Assembly: GCA_051294905.1 (NCBI GenBank)
Contig: CM119376.1
Coordinates: forward strand, 5,456,001 to 5,520,000
DNA: 64,000 nucleotides
Direction: 5' to 3'
Origin: Botryllus schlosseri
Lineage: Eukaryota
A model generated the notes under the pieces. The model made no database searches and was not told the DNA's origin. It worked only from the letters and a program-made list of their open reading frames with translations. How positions within the stretch are numbered: position 1 is the first letter of the stretch; each line of letters opens with the position of its first letter. The position numbers were made by a program, and so were the translations under genes. Below are positions 36,101 to 45,819 of this stretch, one piece after another.

Positions 36101-38912
36101 TCGTTGTGCTACCGCAAATCGTTATATCGAAGAGGTTTTGGAATGGGTTCGTCCTTTGGAAAGTGTAACCGACGAATCTAACGTTATCGGACAGTGCATG
36201 GAATATCTGAAGACTACGTTTTCGAAATTGGAGTGGAATACGCTGATGACGAACGGTCCTGGGTTGTGTACCGCTTTGAGAATACTTTGTCTCTACACTA
36301 ACGCCGCCGATAGTAATCGACCTGTTACTATAAAAAAGCTACAATTCGCATTGCTAGTGTTTGGCGGTGGCGGGCTGAGCGTGTTGGTCGATGCGATGGA
36401 GCAGTTTAACAAATGCTACGAATACCCGTGCTACACGCAGCACGCGTTAACGACCGTGTTTTCGTTTAACTTCCACAATCTCGTAACTGCTTTGTCGGAA
36501 AACATGTTAACTCTTGTCAAACACCTGCTGTCCGCTCTCCTCAGCACTAACGACGGGAAGTTTGATTTCAAACTTCTCACAAAATTACTTGTAGAGCATT
36601 ACGCCGGTATGTTTGTTATACTGCGCGAGTCGAATCAAACGAAATTGAACGCTATAACCGAAATGATTGTAGAGATTTACGGTCTTTTGTTGCGGAAATG
36701 CACGGTGCCCGATTCCGGTGACGATACAAAGCGATTGAACCACAGAACGGTAGCTTTGCAGGATATTTTGTCCGCGTCGCAACGTCACTGTCAAAATCTA
36801 GCTCCCGGGGCGTTGCTGTTGTCGCAACTATTACCGATGCCGCTACCAATCACTTCTCCCGAGTTAGACAATGCGGTGATTTCGCAAGTTAAAAGACAGC
36901 GCGAATCGTGGTGTGCTGCCATGCGTGATGTATCGTCGGATTTAGCAACATTTCTCAGTACAATGTGCCAGTCTACTTCGATTCCGTTGCTGGAAATCCT
37001 GATTCCGTTAGCACAACAAATCGTTGATTTATCGCCTTCTCTCGCGAGGCAGATTGTGGCCGCACTTGTGAGCGCTTGTGTAGTCACGATGCCTCAAACG
37101 GATACAGAAAAGGAATCGCAAGAAGTTCTCGAAGAGTGCGTATATTTCAAGTCCCATCCTTTGATGGTGTTGGCGGAAATAGGGTGCTTGCCGGCGGCCA
37201 AAATCGCAATCGTGCATTGCTTGAGGTCTGAGGATAATAAATTCAAATCTCTATGGACCACGGCTCGAAATCAAGCCAAAAGCGGCTCTCCCTGTCTTCT
37301 AGATGCTGCTATTAAATTAGTATCGGTATTGGTGGATCCGGACAATGTCTTATTGCCGGAGCCGGCAAATCATGCAGTGTGTGACATCTTACCAGCCGAG
37401 GTTTTGACCGATATGGTGAGACTGTGTTGCACAGCTTTGGAATCTGTGAATTTATCGACACTAGTCGAATGCCTCTACTGTCTTTACTTCCTATGCGCGA
37501 GCGACGAGTGTTTCAACGAATTAAAAGACGCGTTATCGGCTAACGCGACTTTGCTGTTCGATATGCTAGCGGTATTGGTGAAAGCTTGGAAAAAAGATGC
37601 CGAATCTGCGTGTGTCGTTTTGACGAGCTTGTGCGATTTAATGCGATGTCTCACGCTTCCGCAAGACCGCAGGTCGAGTTCGTTAAAGAAGTCTGAGTTG
37701 AGATCCTTCTTGAAATGGGACTCGACCACGAATTACAGCCAGCATCCTTTCGTGGTACTAAAGAATCGGATCGAAGAAAGCGAAAGTGATTCGGACATAC
37801 TCGGACGGGCTTTGGATCAAATCTCGACTCTGCACGAAAGACTGATGTCGCCTTGGGATTTTAAGCACAGGGTTAAAAAAGCAAAACCTGCGAACGCGGG
37901 TGATTACATGTCGTTGGAAGACAAGTTTGAGAGACGTCCCTGGCATATGTGCGGAGATAACGACAGTGCTCTGTGGCGCCGTTTGGATATGTTACACGGG
38001 AACGCGGAAAGCTCATTTTTGAGCGAGAACATTCAAAGCGAAGACAGGACTAAAGTCGACCTGACTAAGCTAGCCGAAAAGAACTGCCCAGGATTCAGTC
38101 TGGAGAAGAGCTTTAAAGACTTGACTGACTCTGCAAAGTCTACGGACATCGATAAGATTCGCATCGAAGCCAAAGCGAAGAGACTACGAAAGCTAGAAGC
38201 TTTTTCGACTACACACGGAAAGACTTTAACCTACACGAAAAGGTCGCACGGGCTTTTGATGACTGGAGTGAGAGGAAGGGGTAGAGGCAGGGGGTCGTCG
38301 ATGGGACGTCAAAACGATCTTTTCCGTCAAAGGAAGCAAAATACTAGCCGTCCGCCGTCTATGCATGTAGATGACTTTATAGCGGCCGATGAAGAGGATA
38401 ACAACGGCACGAATGATTCCTATGTGTCTCCATCTCCACCTCCGACTTTTACAACCAGGCGTCCGCCTACATTTAAACGTGACTTTGTGCCACGCGGCAG
38501 AGGACGCGGCATGGCACGTAACGGCAGGGGGAATTATTCGTTCGGACTGGGTATGGGTGGCGACCAAGCGCCCGCGATTGATAAGTTTCGAAGCAGGACT
38601 ATGGGCAGTCACCCCACTGAGAGGTTTGGTAGAGGGAGGGGCCGCGGTAGGGACCAGAATCGCCCGTTCGCGCACAGAGATTCAGGGTTCAAACCAAAGC
38701 AGCCATCGTGGAATTTTTCGGGGCAACGAAACGTGGGTGCGTCCTCGACCGGGGGTTTTAGGGGTGGCGGCAGGGTGAAGTCTTTGATGAGGCTGGGCAG
38801 GCCCTTGCTGCCTCCTCCGTTGAATCTGAAGTGGGGCGGGATGCCACCTCCTCGAAGGGGAAGGGGTTACGGGAAGCCGAGGGGAAAGCATCTGCGATCG
38901 TTTACGCGATAG
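33111..38912 (+). CDS. VIRMA: Protein virilizer homolog (m6A writer complex), intronless, 1933 aa
   Basis: VIR_N-like N-terminus (LLFCNTF, VVKFPC, PGVRPH, GKTSP, L.GWFTRLTIAVYG); C-terminal DLFRQRKQNTSRPPSMHVDDF and RGG-rich tail; AATAAA ~50 nt after the stop. Confidence 0.95.
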   Translation: MGSMHLLFCNTFTCDPPGPTGNWAVVKFPCMIAVDLIKIIAPGVRPHSQLHDDQYIGKTSPGKFRLEIYSDDRSANKTTYDQVGYLDYSETQHCEFRPLSALYSEKLLLNGWFTRLTIAVYGGVLSDVGLPPPTLDLPVKAPSLVIHEKPEGRSVYIRGTQDMPKLTKDLDKPEPLMSSFPPNAKGYMNINDNITDRRQYGEDKIMDLHPSYYDRRRPKNFNDSNRGHHRNFPDERCDHQRPPRNKHQHIDVDFQGNRSNDNDRYRDRGRQFTGHQRHTKRDNVDELGSSRQNVLPKSDISAKPLPNATQDLKSVHADNSPKPDHRNTETEESDVPPEWVDAEYEEISDLDAEEERFSSVNDLEDMMDDDIIASATTFNPFLTEPAQLLNFTHPGMSDFELACSSLLSEEDSGLSQTGNEEATSRFESLLTKAKKVGKIKIGESIPTLVLKKREGKDWVSVTEEIIPLVTVALPQFGVTSRDKYDEYVSLLVAFVFAGLDTNVVSKQAIGINLRMLKCGVNLADKLCQTTQDIVAVLAEGGLDARLVSLLKEDNMASSVKIMILHALDSYLSWPCALSTYFPDNGKANDTYLELVELILIPQAARVASALSRLMNKISLFHAMWKLKIVSQELVESKVPQLNEDFDSEDDFSGEEVLEEEDVVCDDEGMNHGVSRSDDVQNAESHDVEVDVIQPENIKNRAKATDYDDVDLVDPLESVVHLENSEICQDINTVLQSLNLIMHTFEDVGETITQLPKTVFPTTADSREVSVKASLACMFRMMEWYNVLPSVQVLLSLPYVSGDSELFEASYKLLDFLMSRQDGLLFLAFNSGYVLCLARHLLSSDVDLSNVEIVGTATHLGAKLAFHLQCIQCVDQLKVLSDGSSEEVCSPEDSVEVFRVLYSLTFPTYGKYWTASVLSLDDNILPLLTFVQRVKEEEKGEDESEKVKEGEKAEETKKKSVRKNAAGGFAASLLLLTLKMSRNVSYLVKHRESVMSTVRCATANRYIEEVLEWVRPLESVTDESNVIGQCMEYLKTTFSKLEWNTLMTNGPGLCTALRILCLYTNAADSNRPVTIKKLQFALLVFGGGGLSVLVDAMEQFNKCYEYPCYTQHALTTVFSFNFHNLVTALSENMLTLVKHLLSALLSTNDGKFDFKLLTKLLVEHYAGMFVILRESNQTKLNAITEMIVEIYGLLLRKCTVPDSGDDTKRLNHRTVALQDILSASQRHCQNLAPGALLLSQLLPMPLPITSPELDNAVISQVKRQRESWCAAMRDVSSDLATFLSTMCQSTSIPLLEILIPLAQQIVDLSPSLARQIVAALVSACVVTMPQTDTEKESQEVLEECVYFKSHPLMVLAEIGCLPAAKIAIVHCLRSEDNKFKSLWTTARNQAKSGSPCLLDAAIKLVSVLVDPDNVLLPEPANHAVCDILPAEVLTDMVRLCCTALESVNLSTLVECLYCLYFLCASDECFNELKDALSANATLLFDMLAVLVKAWKKDAESACVVLTSLCDLMRCLTLPQDRRSSSLKKSELRSFLKWDSTTNYSQHPFVVLKNRIEESESDSDILGRALDQISTLHERLMSPWDFKHRVKKAKPANAGDYMSLEDKFERRPWHMCGDNDSALWRRLDMLHGNAESSFLSENIQSEDRTKVDLTKLAEKNCPGFSLEKSFKDLTDSAKSTDIDKIRIEAKAKRLRKLEAFSTTHGKTLTYTKRSHGLLMTGVRGRGRGRGSSMGRQNDLFRQRKQNTSRPPSMHVDDFIAADEEDNNGTNDSYVSPSPPPTFTTRRPPTFKRDFVPRGRGRGMARNGRGNYSFGLGMGGDQAPAIDKFRSRTMGSHPTERFGRGRGRGRDQNRPFAHRDSGFKPKQPSWNFSGQRNVGASSTGGFRGGGRVKSLMRLGRPLLPPPLNLKWGGMPPPRRGRGYGKPRGKHLRSFTR

Positions 38913-39531
38913 ATTTTTGTTAGTGTGCTTTTTTACGTTTCAACTCGTTCCGGAAGTCGAATAAAGGGGACGTCAATTATGGTTGATGTTTGTGATGTTC
39001 TTGATCTCTGGAAGCTAGGAAGTGCTGCGTTTTCGTAAGGAGACTGGCGGTGTTAGTTGCAGACCAGTGTCTGTCGTTAGAGCTGAGGTGGTCGACAACG
39101 CTACTCAAGTAGAAGTAGAACTACGCGGTGTTAAACACTACTAAAGTATGCAGCATTAAATATTTTGTCATGGGCTGTCGAAAGCTTGAAATGGACACGT
39201 GCGGGTTGTGCAGAGATGAGGGTTCGTGCTGCTACCATCCAGGTGGTGTAAATTTTCACCAATGTTATAAGAATATAAGTTATGACACTTGCAAAGAGAA
39301 TTACTAACAAATTTCTTGTGTCCAATTTACTCTCTCACAGGAAGGGCATAATACTTCTAATAGTCAAATTGTAAAAGCGAAGTTTGTCTAAGTCACAAAA
39401 TATTATTTACATGAGCTAGTACTGCAAGTAGAGGAAAACTACATGAGTACTTTGAAATACTAGTAGGCCTGCTTCATTACTGATCACTTCTGCGCAAGAT
39501 AGTGAACCATTGACAAGGAGGTACCAGTATC

Positions 39532-39693
39532 TGATGTGTATCGTGATTGGACATTATTATTACTTGATTACAATTACTGAATTGTGTTGTACTGCGTCGA
39601 GTAAACGACGATAGTCATTCGTTTTCTGTTGCCCTGCACGTCAGGACCTTCTGTTCTATTCGCATGAATAAAGTCTTAAGTTAGTACATCACA
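39532..39693 (+). repeat. 5' LTR
   Basis: Base-for-base identical to 43972-44133; contains AATAAA at 39667-39672. Confidence 0.95.
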
Positions 39694-39710
39694 TGGCGTT
39701 GTCGGCAGGA
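39694..39710 (+). promoter_or_regulatory. Primer-binding site, tRNA-Ser-like
   Basis: TGGCGTTGTCGGCAGGA has one mismatch to the complement of the 3' end of metazoan tRNA-Ser (…TCCTGCCGACTACGCCA, recalled sequence). Confidence 0.75.
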
Positions 39711-39807
39711 CCTATCTAAAAGAAAGGCCACACAAATTATCATAGATGGCTACGAGAGGAAAACAAGTGGGGAATCAGAGAAACGCGAAAAACAAAGGGA
39801 AGATGAG

Positions 39808-42800
39808 TTGAAGAGATTGGAAGATCACCACAAAGAGGTGTTACAGCGCATGGAAGCTGATCACAAAGATGTCATTGCATCTCTTTTGGGGCAACTTAAG
39901 CTTAACTCGGAACGTTCGGAGAAAACATCCAGTCACGTGTCTCCGAATAAACCACCAAGACTTGAGGCAGATATTGACATAAAAGACTTTCGAGGATGGG
40001 AGCAATTATGGGCGGATTATGCAACAGTTATGAGACTAACGAGTTTACCGAACGGCGAACAAGTATCCCACCTTAAAGGATTCTTTTCCCCAAAATTACT
40101 GGACACACTTATCCACGTAATTTATCCACAATACTCCGAACAAACCGATCTAACGGTCAAAGATATTCTAGAACGAATCTATAAATACTTGAGAGATCAG
40201 CGGAATGTTGCTCTTGATAGAGTGGAGTTTGAAGAACGCAAACAACGAGCTGGCGAAAGCTTTGACTCATTTTATATGGATCTGAGGAAGATTGCCAATA
40301 ATTCCGAACTTTGCAAGCATTGTTTTGAAACGCGTTTGACAACACGCATTATTTCAGGCGTCATATCAGGAGAAGTGAGGAAACGTCTGATGCAAACCAA
40401 ATCCTTTCCCAGTTTGAAGGAAGCTGTGGACATATGTCGGAGTATGGAATCGGCATCCATAGGTGACCAAGCCTTGGCGACTGCAAGTTCAGAATGGAAT
40501 GGGCATACTGTGAGCAAAGTCATAAGGAGCAGGAAACCATCGAGCAAAGAGGCGAACACATGTCGGAATTGTGGGCTACCTCATGCAGAAGCCGCTAGAT
40601 GCCCAGCAGAAGAGGCAATATGCTTCTCTTGTAGGAAGAGTGGACATTTCTCTCGAATGTGTCAAGCAACAAACTTGCCGAAGAATATGGTGATAACATG
40701 CTACAATCTATCGGGGCGTGTCGTTGGAAGAGCACCACCATCGGTATTCATTAGTGTGTATGATGTTCGAGATCGTAATTTGGGACGGCATGCCGTGTTG
40801 CCTGACAGTGGAGCGGGAATTTCAATCGCGTGCGAAGAGTGGATCATGTCGATCGGATTGAAACGTGCTGATTATTCCAAGCCGCCTTGCGACGCTGTCC
40901 TCGCTGCAAATTTGCAACCGATGAAATGCGTAGGATATGTTGTTTTGAAGATGGAATACGGCGGTAGAAAGGTGACTCTTGAAGTTCTCATCTGTAATGA
41001 TTGCGAAGGAGCGATGCTTGCGTGGTATGTTTGCAAGGAGCTGGGAATTCTTCCGGCAAATTATCCGTCTCCATTACCTATTGCTAAACAAGTAGTTACC
41101 GATAAACGAGACATGGTACGTGAGGTTATCGGTGACATACCTACAGAACCGGATATGGCTGAGATCTGTCGAATCGAGCAACGTATATTCCAGCATTTTG
41201 AAGACGTTTTTTCAAACGATGTCAAGCTGTCGCCTATGACGGGTGCTGATATGAAGATACATGTCAAAGAAAATTTTGAAGCCTATGCCATACACGCTGC
41301 ACGGGCGGTTCCGTTTCCTCAAAGGGAAGATGCGAAAAAACTTATCGACGAGATGATAGTCAAGGGTATTATCGAACCGGTCACCTCGCCCACAGAGTGG
41401 TGCCATCCGATGGTACTGGTGCAGAAACCCGGTGGAGGTATACGTTTATGTGTTGACTTGACCAAATTGAACAAGTTCGTGAAACGTCCGGGATACCCTT
41501 TGGTGACAGCAAAGGAAGCTGTCGCGCAGATACCGAACAACACGAAGTACATGAGCACGTTTGATGCAACACACGGATATTGGCAGCTCCCGCTAGAGAA
41601 GGACTCTCAATTGCTCACTACGTTCATGACTCCTTGGGGAAAATTCAAATTTCTGCGCGCACCAATGGGCTTAGTTTCAACGGGAGATGAATACTGTCGC
41701 AGAGGGGACGAAGCACTGAGAGGGCTCCAGGATGTCGCAAAAGTCGTTGACGATATTCTCGTTCATTCTGAAGACTTCAAGTCACATGTCCATCGAGTAT
41801 GGAGTTTGCTGCAGCGGTGTCGTGAAAATAAAATAACGCTGAACCGTAAAAAGACAAGATTCGCAAAAAGCGAAGTCAAATTTGTTGGATTCATTATATC
41901 CAAGGACGGAATATCTGTAGATCCTGATAAAGTGAAGGCGATTACAGAATTTCCTGCTCCAACCAACATCACAGAATTACGCAGCTTCATGGGAATGGTG
42001 AATCAATTGGGGGAATTTTCGAAGGAGATCAGCACAGTGGCAGAGCCTCTTCGCTGTCTACTCAAAACGAGAAATGAATTCATCTGGTCAAGCGTACAGG
42101 CCGACGCATTTCGGAAGACGAAAGCAGCATTGACTAATACACCTGTATTAGCAACATTCGATCCGAAGTTGCCCGCGAGTTTGCAAACAGATGCATCCAG
42201 GACAAGAGGTTTGGGATACGCTCTATTACAGTTGCATGGTGACGCATGGAGACTGGTTCAATGCGGCTCCCGGTTTCTAAGTGAGACAGAATCGCGATAT
42301 GCAATGGTGGAGCTAGAACTTCTTGCAGTTGTGTGGGCAGCACGCAAATGCAAACTATTTCTGACAGGATTGCAGCATTTTGAAGTGGTTGTCGACCATC
42401 AGCCGCTAGTTTCCATTCTAAATGCTCAAACGTTGGATTCCATCGAGAACCCACGACTTCAGCGACTGAAAGAGAAGTTATCTGCATTTGTATTTACGAC
42501 GTCATGGAGGAAAGGAAAACTTCATGCCATTCCTGATGCATTGTCAAGAGCTCCAGTGCAAGACCCAACAAGAGAGGATCAAGCAGCGGAAAGAGACGAC
42601 GCCGCTTGCATGGCATGCCATCTCACCATCAAGAGCCAAATTTTCAGAAGCGAGCAAGCGGGTGGATCGTTGAACGCACTAGAAGATCCGGTCTTATCGC
42701 GCATGAGACAAGTTGCACTCACTGACGATAATTATCAGTCATTAATCGAAATTATCCGAAAGGGGTTCCCTGCTAAATGCGAAAACGCACCTACTGCCGT

Positions 42801-43938
42801 GCAGCCGTATTGGAAGATTCGGAATGATCTAAGTATAGACGATGGCTTGGTTCTATACAATGCACGAATTGTAGTCCCGTGTGGATTTAAAGGAGAAGCG
42901 CTTGCACGATTGCATGATGCTCATCAAGGCATAGTCAGAATGAAGAGGCGGGCGAGACAAACTTTATACTGGCCAGGGATGAGCACTGACATAGAGAATG
43001 TGGTACAGTCATGTGGGAGATGCCAGGAATATTTGCCAAGTTTACCAAAAGAGCCAATGGAAATTGAGCTATCTCCTAGCAGAGTTTTCGAAGATGTCTC
43101 AACCGACCTCTTTTCATATTGCGGAAAGAAATACCTCGTGTACACCGATAGGTACTCCGGTTGGCCGAGCATCTGTGAATGGGACAAGGATCCAACCTCT
43201 CGACAGGTAATCAGAGTAATTCGCAAATTCTTTTCCGACACAGGTGTTCCAGTGCGTTTACGAAGCGATGGAGGACCGCAATTCTCTTCGAATGACTTCA
43301 GAAAATTCATGGACCGATGGGGTGTTAATCATGTTGTATCGACGCCGCATTACGCGCAATCAAATGGTCTTGCGGAGGCTGCCGTTAAGTCCATGAAATA
43401 TCTTTTGGCTAAAACGTCGCCCAATGGGGATATTTTTTTAGATTCATTTCAGCGAGGTTTGCTAGAGTGGAGAAACACACCAAGAGTGGACGGACGTTCT
43501 CCGGCACAAATTCTTTTCGGACGCCCACTTCGCACCTGTTTACCGGCACATCACAAGCTGTTTGCACCAATGTGGCATAAACTAGCTCGAGATTGCGATT
43601 CCAAAGCAGCGGCTGTGAGGACGTACAATGAGGATCATTATAACAGAGATGCACATCCGTTGTCGCCATTCAAAATAGGAACTTCCGTTCGAATTCAAAA
43701 CCCGATCACCAAACGTTGGCATCATCGCGGTATCATTGTTGCCATTGGTAACTTTCGGGATTACTTGGTTAAACTGAGCAGCGGGCGGATATGGTGGCGA
43801 AATCGACGATTTCTGAGAATAGATCACGTTTCGCCAACCACAGAGGAGGGAGAGAAGGGGGAGATGGATGCTAACCACAATCAACCACGTCGAAGTTCGC
43901 GCAATCGACGATGCCCTGAACGTTATATCTCGGGGTGA
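39808..43938 (+). CDS. Gag-Pol polyprotein
   Basis: Two CCHC knuckles (CRNCGLPH…C, CFSCRKSGHFSRMC), protease LPDSGA, RT VVDD, RNase H LQTDAS, integrase HHCC plus STDLF / RSDGGPQF / NGLAEAAVK; frame is stop-free from 39685, first in-frame ATG at 39850. Confidence 0.95.
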   Translation: MKRLEDHHKEVLQRMEADHKDVIASLLGQLKLNSERSEKTSSHVSPNKPPRLEADIDIKDFRGWEQLWADYATVMRLTSLPNGEQVSHLKGFFSPKLLDTLIHVIYPQYSEQTDLTVKDILERIYKYLRDQRNVALDRVEFEERKQRAGESFDSFYMDLRKIANNSELCKHCFETRLTTRIISGVISGEVRKRLMQTKSFPSLKEAVDICRSMESASIGDQALATASSEWNGHTVSKVIRSRKPSSKEANTCRNCGLPHAEAARCPAEEAICFSCRKSGHFSRMCQATNLPKNMVITCYNLSGRVVGRAPPSVFISVYDVRDRNLGRHAVLPDSGAGISIACEEWIMSIGLKRADYSKPPCDAVLAANLQPMKCVGYVVLKMEYGGRKVTLEVLICNDCEGAMLAWYVCKELGILPANYPSPLPIAKQVVTDKRDMVREVIGDIPTEPDMAEICRIEQRIFQHFEDVFSNDVKLSPMTGADMKIHVKENFEAYAIHAARAVPFPQREDAKKLIDEMIVKGIIEPVTSPTEWCHPMVLVQKPGGGIRLCVDLTKLNKFVKRPGYPLVTAKEAVAQIPNNTKYMSTFDATHGYWQLPLEKDSQLLTTFMTPWGKFKFLRAPMGLVSTGDEYCRRGDEALRGLQDVAKVVDDILVHSEDFKSHVHRVWSLLQRCRENKITLNRKKTRFAKSEVKFVGFIISKDGISVDPDKVKAITEFPAPTNITELRSFMGMVNQLGEFSKEISTVAEPLRCLLKTRNEFIWSSVQADAFRKTKAALTNTPVLATFDPKLPASLQTDASRTRGLGYALLQLHGDAWRLVQCGSRFLSETESRYAMVELELLAVVWAARKCKLFLTGLQHFEVVVDHQPLVSILNAQTLDSIENPRLQRLKEKLSAFVFTTSWRKGKLHAIPDALSRAPVQDPTREDQAAERDDAACMACHLTIKSQIFRSEQAGGSLNALEDPVLSRMRQVALTDDNYQSLIEIIRKGFPAKCENAPTAVQPYWKIRNDLSIDDGLVLYNARIVVPCGFKGEALARLHDAHQGIVRMKRRARQTLYWPGMSTDIENVVQSCGRCQEYLPSLPKEPMEIELSPSRVFEDVSTDLFSYCGKKYLVYTDRYSGWPSICEWDKDPTSRQVIRVIRKFFSDTGVPVRLRSDGGPQFSSNDFRKFMDRWGVNHVVSTPHYAQSNGLAEAAVKSMKYLLAKTSPNGDIFLDSFQRGLLEWRNTPRVDGRSPAQILFGRPLRTCLPAHHKLFAPMWHKLARDCDSKAAAVRTYNEDHYNRDAHPLSPFKIGTSVRIQNPITKRWHHRGIIVAIGNFRDYLVKLSSGRIWWRNRRFLRIDHVSPTTEEGEKGEMDANHNQPRRSSRNRRCPERYISG

Positions 43939-43971
43939 ATGTACAGTACGCTTCGGATGAAAGAGGGGAGA

Positions 43972-44133
43972 TGATGTGTATCGTGATTGGACATTATTAT
44001 TACTTGATTACAATTACTGAATTGTGTTGTACTGCGTCGAGTAAACGACGATAGTCATTCGTTTTCTGTTGCCCTGCACGTCAGGACCTTCTGTTCTATT
44101 CGCATGAATAAAGTCTTAAGTTAGTACATCACA
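43972..44133 (+). repeat. 3' LTR
   Basis: Identical to the 5' LTR; preceded by the PPT. Confidence 0.95.
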
Positions 44134-45083
44134 GTATCTAGTACATTGTCTGTGTACTGTGCCATCAGTTCGATCAAGAAGCAGGCCTAGTTTTTATAAC
44201 ACAAGGCTTCCCAACCTTTTCCCGATCCCGTACCATTTGAATGCTCTGTACCGCAACCCGTACAGGTACCACTTGCAGAACAACTGATCAAATCGTATTT
44301 TATGCAGACGGAAATTGGCCTAGCACTCTCAAGGAGTCACGGCAACTACTGATCCTCAGCAGAGCATCAACTTGATGTGTTTTTGAAACAAAATATTTTG
44401 TGGAAAAAAGTGAAACTGCTCGTGCTCACGTACCACAGGTGAATTCCTGTTCTACTGTGTTGACCAGCTTTGGTACCCAGCACCACTACCTGATTAGGAT
44501 AAATTCAGATGTGGTCGAAGTAGCCAGCTTCCCTAGAATCAAGTAGAAGTAATATGAATGTCTACTCAATTACAATATAAGTATATATCCGGAATGTGCT
44601 AAAACTGCTTGAAGGAGAAAATTGACGGTTTGAAGAGTATTCGAGTAGCCTAAAATGAATAATTTGGACGAGGGGTTGCATACTTTCAGACTATAACCGG
44701 ATGTGGCAACTTTATTTATTGCAAGATGCGTCATCATGAGCAACATAAAATGACTAATAGCCCAGTGAAAATGATGGAAGTTTCAAAAATATATTCAGTT
44801 ATTGTTACGAAAAGGCTGTTTAGCAGGGCTGTCATGACACTGACAAAGACTTACTCGAACATGATTGCCTGAATACATAGACGCAGATCACACTTTGTTA
44901 ATGAGCCATACTATGCTCGTGTTTCAGAAAAGTATAAAACAGTATCAAGATATCGACATCTTCCATTGACAAGTTTATTCTTCATTGATCATTGGTGTTT
45001 TCGCAAAATGTGAATTTGTCTCGTCCATGAAATTCTTTTTTGTCTGTAAGACTACCACGGCTGCTAGAAAAGTTAGCACACAT

Positions 45084-45615
45084 CGGGGTTGTAACCAAGT
45101 CAATCTCACTTTTACGGTTTTGACTCGAGTCAAGTCTAGTCATTTTCAATTCACAACCAAGTCAGGAGTAAAAAAGTCGAGTCTCGAGTCATTGTGTTCG
45201 CCAATGTTCCTTCTAAGCTGCGCAGTGCTGACACGGTCTCTGCGTACAGAAAATCTAAGCTGCGCACAAAAAAATGACCTTTTTTTTAGACGTTACGTAT
45301 GAGTTGGTGAGTGCGCGCGAAGACTCGTGAAAAATTACAGTTAACAGTAATGCTCACTGTTCACTCTCGAGTTCAAACAACGTTAAACTAACTCTTCAGT
45401 GATATCGAAGGCCTAGCATGCATAATATACCTATTTTTATCACTTTTATTTTAATACAATGTTTATTCACATGGGTAAAACCCTACAATCGAGAAAAGCT
45501 ATCAAAATATATCACTCGAATTATGTCATATCGAATATCTCCAGTCGATACATAGAGTGACACAAGTCGAGTCATTTTACATTTTAGAAAATGACTTGAG
45601 TCATTACAAACCCTG
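45084..45615. mobile_element. hAT-type MITE, family A variant with a different interior
   Basis: CGGGGTTGTAACCAAGTC ... CATTACAAACCCTG; GACTCGAGTC motifs at both ends; no clear TSD. Confidence 0.7.
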
Positions 45616-45819
45616 CGCCACACACCCGGCAGAACTGCACTCCATATCTTAACCAATGATAGTTTCAACGACCCAAAATACGCTGGTAACCACACAAAGT
45701 GCCGCTTCAAGTGATATCCATCATACATCAGAGATTACCATGAAACGAGGTTCAGCACGCGCATATTAGTCGGACAGGCATCAAAATCCCTTCAACAGGA
45801 CATTCTTTCAAAGTCCATT

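Larger units (their letters stand above)
39532..44133 (+). mobile_element. Full-length Ty3/gypsy LTR retrotransposon, Mag-like, 4602 bp
   Basis: Identical 162-bp LTRs (TG...CA), 5-bp TSD GTATC (39527-39531, 44134-44138), PBS, PPT GAAAGAGGGGAGA (43959-43971), single gag-pol frame in PR-RT-RH-IN order. Confidence 0.97.

Noticed and set aside
44132-44138. Alternative reading: 160-bp LTRs with a 7-bp TSD CAGTATC
   Set aside because: Both LTRs are followed by CA and 5-bp TSDs are typical, so 162-bp LTRs with GTATC is more parsimonious.
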